From positions 45,355-109,354 of the forward strand of contig CAZTMR010000001.1 of assembly GCA_964615345.1 (NCBI GenBank): DNA of 64,000 bases, given 5' to 3'. Source of the DNA: an uncultured Dehalococcoidaceae bacterium (GTDB taxonomy: Bacteria; Chloroflexota; Dehalococcoidia; Dehalococcoidales; RBG-16-60-22). This document shows, piece by piece, positions 49,121 through 54,556 of this stretch. The translations under genes were made by a program, and so were the position numbers. Position 1 is the stretch's first letter. Each line of letters starts with the position of its first letter. The notes below the pieces were generated by a model. The model worked only from the letters and a program-made list of their open reading frames with translations. It made no database searches and was not told the DNA's origin.

Positions 49121-50293
49121 TTACAGCAGTGAAGGTATATCCTTGGAAGTATCTTCGATAACTCTGAGCTTGGTCTCCGTCTCCTCCTGCCTTCTCTTGA
49201 ACTCCGGGATAAGCCCGGTCGATTTGATATAGTAGCCTCTCACCTTCTCCAGGTCGCTCAGCTCGGAAAGAATGACGGTAACATCCAGCGCGCCCCTTTC
49301 CCGGGGATAATCGCCGTTTCTAATCATCGCTTCAGGAGCAAGGTCCCTCATGTAGTCCCCCAGAGCCTTTGACAGGTCCATATTCATTTCTTTAGACGGC
49401 CCGGAAAGGAGGTAAAGTGCCCTGCGGGCGTCCACCGGGTTGCACTTCAGTGACAACTCGCTGATAGCCTCATCCATGGTCTGGATGCCTTTCAGCGTTT
49501 CATTTCCCTTCTTACGGAAATCACCGCGCTCGCGGGGGAACTTGAACAGGGGGATATCGGAACGGCCGTAACCGATAACCGTCCAGCCTACCAGCGTCTG
49601 GATGATATCCCCGGCGTCAAGTACTTTTGAGGCTATGTACTTGGACTTTTTCTCTTCACCGGCGCAGAGCATATTGTAGAAAGGCTCCGCAATCATGGCA
49701 TTAATCTTGGACAGATTGCCTTTTATCGATGAATCTTTGCGGACGAACCGCTGGTTATCTACCAGGAACACGGCATCGGCTATTGAATAGCATGACTTCA
49801 AACAGGTGGCCGTGTTGTACACGGTGCGGTCCTCTGTGGTCTCCTCATGCTCGAAAGGTAAAACTATGAGGTTATATACTGGCTTATCCGCGTAGCGCTC
49901 TTTGATTTGCTGTGTCATCACGGCTACGGACCCGGAACCGGTGCCGCCGGCGGCACTGGCGATAAGTAAAAAGGCGTCCGTTTCAAAAAATCTCTTTGTG
50001 GTGCGGATGGAATCAATCACCTTATCGGCGTCTTCTCTGGCTATCTCCGCCCCCAGCTCGTTTATTTTCCCCACGCCGTGCCCGCCGGTCTTGCGCCCGC
50101 CGATAAGGATACGGTGCTGGTACCCACGCTGTATGTTGTGTAACCCGCTCAGGTCGGCCGCATCAGTATTTACGGCGTACGCTCCGGTAATAATTTCTAT
50201 CCCACGACGGCTGCGTGCCATTTTGTTTAGCCTGGAAAACTCGTCGGCAATTCTTCCGCCGCACTGCCCAAAACCGACAACTACTAACTTCAT
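49121..50293 (-). CDS. tubulin/FtsZ-superfamily GTPase, CetZ-like core with an FtsZ-like DIPSLL C-terminal peptide (paralog A)
   Basis: 390 aa. T1 loop MKLVVVGFGQCGGRIADEF; GHGVGKINELGAEIARED; T4 signature AAGGTGSGS (residues ~114-122); PVYNLIVLP; FLVDN; T7-like VLDAGDII (~224-231); GDYPRE; C-terminal ..KDIPSLL. Confidence 0.85.
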   Translation of the reverse strand: MKLVVVGFGQCGGRIADEFSRLNKMARSRRGIEIITGAYAVNTDAADLSGLHNIQRGYQHRILIGGRKTGGHGVGKINELGAEIAREDADKVIDSIRTTKRFFETDAFLLIASAAGGTGSGSVAVMTQQIKERYADKPVYNLIVLPFEHEETTEDRTVYNTATCLKSCYSIADAVFLVDNQRFVRKDSSIKGNLSKINAMIAEPFYNMLCAGEEKKSKYIASKVLDAGDIIQTLVGWTVIGYGRSDIPLFKFPRERGDFRKKGNETLKGIQTMDEAISELSLKCNPVDARRALYLLSGPSKEMNMDLSKALGDYMRDLAPEAMIRNGDYPRERGALDVTVILSELSDLEKVRGYYIKSTGLIPEFKRRQEETETKLRVIEDTSKDIPSLL

Positions 50294-50321
50294 TTCTCAC
50301 CTCGGTAGCAGAGTTACGTTC

Positions 50322-50351
50322 ATTGTATGCATAGTACCGGACTATTGTCAA
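50322..50351 (-). promoter_or_regulatory. sigma-70-type promoter candidate for tubulin-like gene A
   Basis: Minus strand has TTGACA (50351-50346), an 18-nt spacer, then TACAAT (50327-50322). GAGGTGA SD lies before ATG 50293. Confidence 0.5.
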
Positions 50352-50377
50352 TCTTTTGTCATCACCCAAAAAAGTTA

Positions 50378-50406
50378 TTGAAAAACGGTTTACCCTATAT
50401 TAAAAT
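50378..50406 (+). promoter_or_regulatory. sigma-70-type promoter candidate for the coiled-coil genes
   Basis: TTGAAA at 50378-50383 and TAAAAT at 50401-50406 with a 17-nt spacer. AAGGGG SD lies before ATG 50427. Confidence 0.45.
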
Positions 50407-50426
50407 TAGGAAACTAAGGGGTAGCA

Positions 50427-52574
50427 ATGGCTAAAGAAACGTCCCGGGACTCCATTATCAATGCGGAAAACAATATCGACGCTTTTGAAAAAGCGGTTGC
50501 CGAGGCAGAAAAACTAAGCCAGGCCGCCAGAAGTGCCGCAGAGGCCTCTACCCGGGCTGCCCAGGAATCTATCAGCCGGGCGGAGGCGATCGGCAAAAAG
50601 GCGAAAAAAGCGGCTGAAAGCTCTGCTGAAGCGGCAAATCAAGCGGTTGAACGCGCCCGCCAGATCTGTAATGAAGCCAGAGTGGCGGCTGAGGAGTCTA
50701 TACGAAAGGCTGAGGAGGCCATAAAGCAGGCGGAGGAATCCGCCCGGGTACCCAAGGAAGCCGCCAGGGGGACCGCCAGAAAGTTCCGGGAAGCGATAGA
50801 GCGTGCTGAAGAGACGAGCCGGGAAGCAATGGAAGCGGCGGAAGCTTCTTTCCTCGCTTCACAGGAAGGGCTGAATCGGGTAGAGGAAATAAGTACTGGC
50901 GCTAAAGAACTGGCTGAATCATCATCCCGGGCGGTGGACGAAGAACTGAAAAAAGCCCAGGAAGCCAGCAGGCTGGCGCGGGAAGTAGCAGAAAGCTCCA
51001 TCAGAGAAGCCAGGCAGGCCTCGGCAAGGGCGGAAAAGGCGAGCCGGGAAGCCCGGGAAGCCGCCGCCGCCGCCGCCAGGGAAGCCCGGGAAGCCGCCAG
51101 CAAAGCGGAAAAGACCGGCCAGGCCACCAGAGAAAACGCGGAAACTTCAGCCAAGGCTACCCGTGAGGTAGCGGAAAAAGCCGAACAGCTCAGCCGGGAA
51201 GCCCGGGAGGTGGCAGAAACCTCTTTAAAGGCCTCTCAGGCTACCACGCAGCGGGTGGAAGAGATAAGCAAGGAAATCAAATCGGTCGCGGCAGCTTCCG
51301 CACAATCGAACCGGCAGGCCGTCAGCAAGATAGAAACATTGAATCGGGACACCAGGCTGGCAGCGGAAGAAGCCTCCAGAGTTGCCCGGGAAGCCGCCGC
51401 TGAATCGACCAGTGCATCACGGGAAGCCATCAGTAAAGTGGAGAGTATCGGCAGTGAAATCAAGACCATGGTCGAGTCAATGGTGAAATCTTTCGGGGAA
51501 GAGATAAGCCAGGTCGAAGCCAAAAGCCAGGAAACGAAAGAGACGGCGGAAGCATCGGTAAAAACGGCACAGGAAGTCTCCGAGGCATCTGTAATCGCTT
51601 CTCAAGAGGCCATAAGCCGGGTGGAAGAAATATGCCAGACCACGCTGCAGACCACCGGAGAATCGGCGAAGTCGGTACAGGAAGCCAGTGACGAAGCGAT
51701 AAAAACCTCCCGGGAAGCGGCGGAAACATCCGTCAGGACGTCTCATGAAGCCATCAGCCAGGCGGAAAAGATAAAGCTGGAATCCAGGGAAAGTGCGGAA
51801 AATCTGTCCCGGTCAGCCATGGAAGCGGTCCAGGGAGCGATAAAAGCGGCGAAAGAAGCCGCGGAAGCCGTTGCCCGGACCTCGCAAGAAGCCATTGAAC
51901 GGGCGGAAGAGATGAACCGGACGACACAGGAAACCGCTGAATCCTCCCGGAAAGCGGTGCGGGAGGCTACCAGACTGGCCATCAAGACCGCCCGGGAAGC
52001 GGCGGAGAACTCGGCAAAAAATTTCGCCGATGCCATAAGCCGGGCGGAAGCCATCGGCAGAGAAACCAGGGAAGCTACCGAGGCTTCGGCCAAAGCGGCC
52101 CGGGAAGCGGCTGAGTCCACGGTAAGGGCGGCTCAGGAAGCCACGGAGGCTGCCGCTCGCGTTGCCAGAGAAGCGGCGGCGGTATCGGTGAAAGCGTTCC
52201 AGGAAGCTATCAGCCGGGCGGAGGCTTCCGGTAAAATGGCGCGGGAAAACGCGGAAGCGTCTCTCAAAGCCTTTGAGAGAGCGGTAAACAAAGATGCGGA
52301 GATTAAAGAAGAGGCTTCCCAGATACTTGAGTTCACGGAGCCGGCGGCGGAAACCAGAGAAGACGCGGCGGAAGACTCGTTGAAGGCCTTTGAAGAGGCC
52401 ATAAACAAAGCTAAAGAGAGCAATGCCGCGGAAAAGAAAAAAGCCAGGCCCTCCAGAGGCAGGGAGAAAATAGAGGCCAGGCTGGATTTTCTCTCCCGTA
52501 TGTATGAGTCAAAGTCAAACGGCGGACCGGAAGAAGACACCGGGAACCAGGATGCTGAAAATGCCCGTAAATAA
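50427..52574 (+). CDS. 715-aa Ala/Glu/Ser/Arg-rich all-helical repeat protein (hendecad-based coiled-coil candidate, CC1)
   Basis: Uninterrupted 715-codon ORF with SD and promoter. There is no signal peptide or TM segment and almost no Pro, Gly or aromatic residues until the last ~45 residues. A recurring (Q/R)EAIS(R/Q)(A/V)E anchor motif is present. The opposite strand carries only fragmented Ala/Ser-rich ORFs. Confidence 0.75.
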   Translation: MAKETSRDSIINAENNIDAFEKAVAEAEKLSQAARSAAEASTRAAQESISRAEAIGKKAKKAAESSAEAANQAVERARQICNEARVAAEESIRKAEEAIKQAEESARVPKEAARGTARKFREAIERAEETSREAMEAAEASFLASQEGLNRVEEISTGAKELAESSSRAVDEELKKAQEASRLAREVAESSIREARQASARAEKASREAREAAAAAAREAREAASKAEKTGQATRENAETSAKATREVAEKAEQLSREAREVAETSLKASQATTQRVEEISKEIKSVAAASAQSNRQAVSKIETLNRDTRLAAEEASRVAREAAAESTSASREAISKVESIGSEIKTMVESMVKSFGEEISQVEAKSQETKETAEASVKTAQEVSEASVIASQEAISRVEEICQTTLQTTGESAKSVQEASDEAIKTSREAAETSVRTSHEAISQAEKIKLESRESAENLSRSAMEAVQGAIKAAKEAAEAVARTSQEAIERAEEMNRTTQETAESSRKAVREATRLAIKTAREAAENSAKNFADAISRAEAIGRETREATEASAKAAREAAESTVRAAQEATEAAARVAREAAAVSVKAFQEAISRAEASGKMARENAEASLKAFERAVNKDAEIKEEASQILEFTEPAAETREDAAEDSLKAFEEAINKAKESNAAEKKKARPSRGREKIEARLDFLSRMYESKSNGGPEEDTGNQDAENARK
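50559..52286 (+). repeat. degenerate in-frame tandem repeats (11-residue modules plus 14-residue spacers; best copies have a 47-aa / 141-bp period)
   Basis: Anchor-motif spacings counted by hand are 25, 36, 47, 47, 47 and 58 residues (14 + 11n) between residues ~249 and 595. The more degenerate N-terminal copies are spaced 32 and 43 residues (21 + 11n). Confidence 0.7.
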
Positions 52575-52647
52575 GGTATCATTGACCTTGAAACGGTCTT
52601 CAGATAAACACAGTAAATAATGCAGACAATCGTTTAGGAGGTAGTCG

Positions 52648-53178
52648 ATGGCCGAGCCGAAGGGAGCTAAAAAAGTCAGCGAAGAGCCTGTGGAGGAGAT
52701 TGTGGAAGAGACAACTGCGGCGCAGGAAGAAGCTCTGGAACCGCCGGAACCGGCGGTAGAAGAAGAAACTACGGACACAAGGCCGCTCGATGAAGTCCTG
52801 GGACAGGCGGAAAAAGCTTACGCCGCTTACATGGAAGCACAGCGCCAGGTAGCCAACGCGTACCGGGGAAACGAGCAACAGATAGCCCGGGCATACCGTC
52901 GGGCGGAGCAGCAGGCGGAAAGCGCCTGCGAGGCGAGCATCAACGAAGCCATAAAGGCCCGGGAAGAGACCATTAACCAGGCGCTGAAAGAACGCGATGA
53001 CGCTATCACCCAGGTGGAAAAGGCCTACCGGAAGACGAAAGAACAGGCGGAAAAAACCTGCGAAGCTGAAATTGATAAAGCCTGGAAAGCGAGAGAGCAC
53101 GCCGTCGAGCAGGCCTGGCAGCTGCGCGAGGAAACTCTCGAGCAGGCCTGGAACATCTACGCCAAGCTGTCAAGATAA
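52648..53178 (+). CDS. 176-aa protein: acidic Glu/Pro-rich N-terminus plus an uninterrupted hendecad coiled-coil (CC2)
   Basis: Strong SD (TAGGAGGT) 5 nt before the ATG. Residues 55-175 parse into 11 consecutive 11-mers. It lies 73 nt downstream of CC1 with no obvious terminator between them. Confidence 0.65.
   Translation: MAEPKGAKKVSEEPVEEIVEETTAAQEEALEPPEPAVEEETTDTRPLDEVLGQAEKAYAAYMEAQRQVANAYRGNEQQIARAYRRAEQQAESACEASINEAIKAREETINQALKERDDAITQVEKAYRKTKEQAEKTCEAEIDKAWKAREHAVEQAWQLREETLEQAWNIYAKLSR
52810..53172 (+). repeat. eleven consecutive 11-residue (33-bp) protein repeats
   Basis: EKAYAAYMEAQ/RQVANAYRGNE/QQIARAYRRAE/QQAESACEASI/NEAIKAREETI/NQALKERDDAI/TQVEKAYRKTK/EQAEKTCEAEI/DKAWKAREHAV/EQAWQLREETL/EQAWNIYAKLS. 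Confidence 0.7.
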
Positions 53179-53248
53179 GTAAGAGATCCCCGGCAGGTTG
53201 AAACGGGAGGAATTACCGTCCTTTTCGTCTCTCGGGTGGTATCGGGTG

Positions 53249-54424
53249 CTATAATAGGGAAGGGATATCTTTAAGGGTAACTTCTATGCCGCGGGTCTGG
53301 CTCTCTATCCCTTCCTGTCTCTTCTTTAGAGTGGAGATAAGATTGATCGCCTTGGTGAAGTAACCCCGTATTTTGGCCACGTCACTGAGCTCGGAAAGAA
53401 TTACCGTAACCTCCAGAGCTCCCCCCTCCCGGGGATAATCGCCGCTCCTGATTACCGCTTCCGGGGTCAGGCTCTTCAGGTAGGTGCCCAGTTCCTTGAT
53501 CAGATCAACGTTCACTTCTTTGGCCGGCGCGGAAACCAGGTATAAAGCCCGCTTTGAGTCCACCGGGTTACACTTCAGGGAGAGCCCGCTTATCGCCTGG
53601 TCCATGGTCTGGGTCCCTTTCTGCGTTTCCGTGGCCTTGTTCCGGAAGTCCCGCGTCCGCTTGAAAAGCCCCCGGGTAAAGGAAAGGTTTGACCTGCCGT
53701 AGCCGATAGTCGTCCAGCCGGAAACGGTCTGGATAATGTCGCCGGCATCAAGTATCTTGGCGCCGATGTGCTTGTGCTTTTTCTCCTCCCCGGCGCAGAG
53801 CAAGTTATAAAAAGGCTCGGTAATGGTGGTGTTGATGCGGGAGAGATTGCTGCGTATGGGGGAATCTTTCATCACGTACCGCTGGTTGTCTACCAGAAAC
53901 ACCGCGTCCGCCACCAGATAAGAAGATTTAAGGCAGGTGGCCACGTTATACACCGTTCTTTCTTCGGTCGATTCTTCGTGTTCAAACGGAAGTACAATGA
54001 GATTGTATACCGGCTTGTCCACGTAGCGTTCTTTAATGTGCTGGGTGATTACCGGCACCGAACCGGACCCGGTGCCGCCGGCGGCGCCGGCAATGAGCAG
54101 GAAGGCGTCCGCTTCAGTAAAGCGGCGGCTCGTCCGGATAATCTCAATGACCTTGTCACCGTCTTCTTTGGCTATCTCCGCGCCCAACTCGTTTATCTTC
54201 CCCACGCCGTGACCGCCGGTCTTGCGCCCGCCAATCAGGATACGGTGTTGATAGTCCGGCCTTATGCCGGTCAGACCGCTCAGGTCGGCCACGTCTGTAT
54301 TTACGGCAAAAGCTCCGGCGATGATGTCAATCCCGCGCTGGCCGCGCGCTTTCCTATTCAACCGGGCAAACTCATCGGCGATTCTTCCGCCGCACTGCCC
54401 GAAACCAACTACCACAATTTTCAT
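53249..54424 (-). CDS. tubulin/FtsZ-superfamily GTPase, CetZ-like core with an FtsZ-like DIPSLL C-terminal peptide (paralog B)
   Basis: 391 aa, colinear with paralog A. MKIVVVGFGQCGGRIADEF; GHGVGKINELGAEIAKED; GAAGGTGSGS; PVYNLIVLP; FLVDN; ILDAGDII; GDYPRE; ..KDIPSLL. Confidence 0.85.
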   Translation of the reverse strand: MKIVVVGFGQCGGRIADEFARLNRKARGQRGIDIIAGAFAVNTDVADLSGLTGIRPDYQHRILIGGRKTGGHGVGKINELGAEIAKEDGDKVIEIIRTSRRFTEADAFLLIAGAAGGTGSGSVPVITQHIKERYVDKPVYNLIVLPFEHEESTEERTVYNVATCLKSSYLVADAVFLVDNQRYVMKDSPIRSNLSRINTTITEPFYNLLCAGEEKKHKHIGAKILDAGDIIQTVSGWTTIGYGRSNLSFTRGLFKRTRDFRNKATETQKGTQTMDQAISGLSLKCNPVDSKRALYLVSAPAKEVNVDLIKELGTYLKSLTPEAVIRSGDYPREGGALEVTVILSELSDVAKIRGYFTKAINLISTLKKRQEGIESQTRGIEVTLKDIPSLL

Positions 54425-54452
54425 CTTTTATCCTGTTAGCGGAATTTATGCT

Positions 54453-54482
54453 ATTTTAGGCATTATGCTAACGTGATGTCAA
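54453..54482 (-). promoter_or_regulatory. sigma-70-type promoter candidate for tubulin-like gene B
   Basis: Minus strand has TTGACA (54482-54477), an 18-nt spacer, then TAAAAT (54458-54453). This is the same geometry as the promoter of paralog A. Confidence 0.5.
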
Positions 54483-54556
54483 TTTAACAAAGCGCCGGAA
54501 ACACGGACGCATACGGCATCACGGATGCGCCGGAAGGGCATACCGGTATCCCGGGT

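Noticed and set aside
50559-52286. A 141-bp periodic DNA repeat that could be mistaken for a CRISPR array, satellite or contingency locus
   Set aside because: The repeats are degenerate at the nucleotide level, have no spacer/repeat alternation, stay in one reading frame, and are conserved at the protein-periodicity level. I interpret them as a repeat-protein gene.
50639-52582. Series of Ala/Ser-rich minus-strand ORFs (50639-51154, 51236-51523, 51743-52120, 52133-52582) and several plus-strand off-frame ORFs inside CC1
   Set aside because: These are fragmented mirror or off-frame readings of the GAA/GCN/GCC-rich repeats. Only the plus-strand frame from 50427 is uninterrupted for 715 codons and has an SD, an ATG and a promoter. 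The true coding strand should still be confirmed by expression data.
52600-53100. 166-aa minus-strand ORF overlapping CC2
   Set aside because: It is antisense to an ORF with a strong SD and perfect 11-residue periodicity. The product is Phe/Arg/Leu-rich, has no start signals, and would run into the CC1 3' end.
54483-54556. Short repeats (TTCCGGCGC x2, CACGGA(C/T)GCG x2) and the 10-bp palindrome ATACCGGTAT just after the gap stop
   Set aside because: They are too short and ungapped to form a terminator hairpin and could arise by chance in GC-rich DNA. I kept them only as a note for anyone footprinting the promoter of paralog B.
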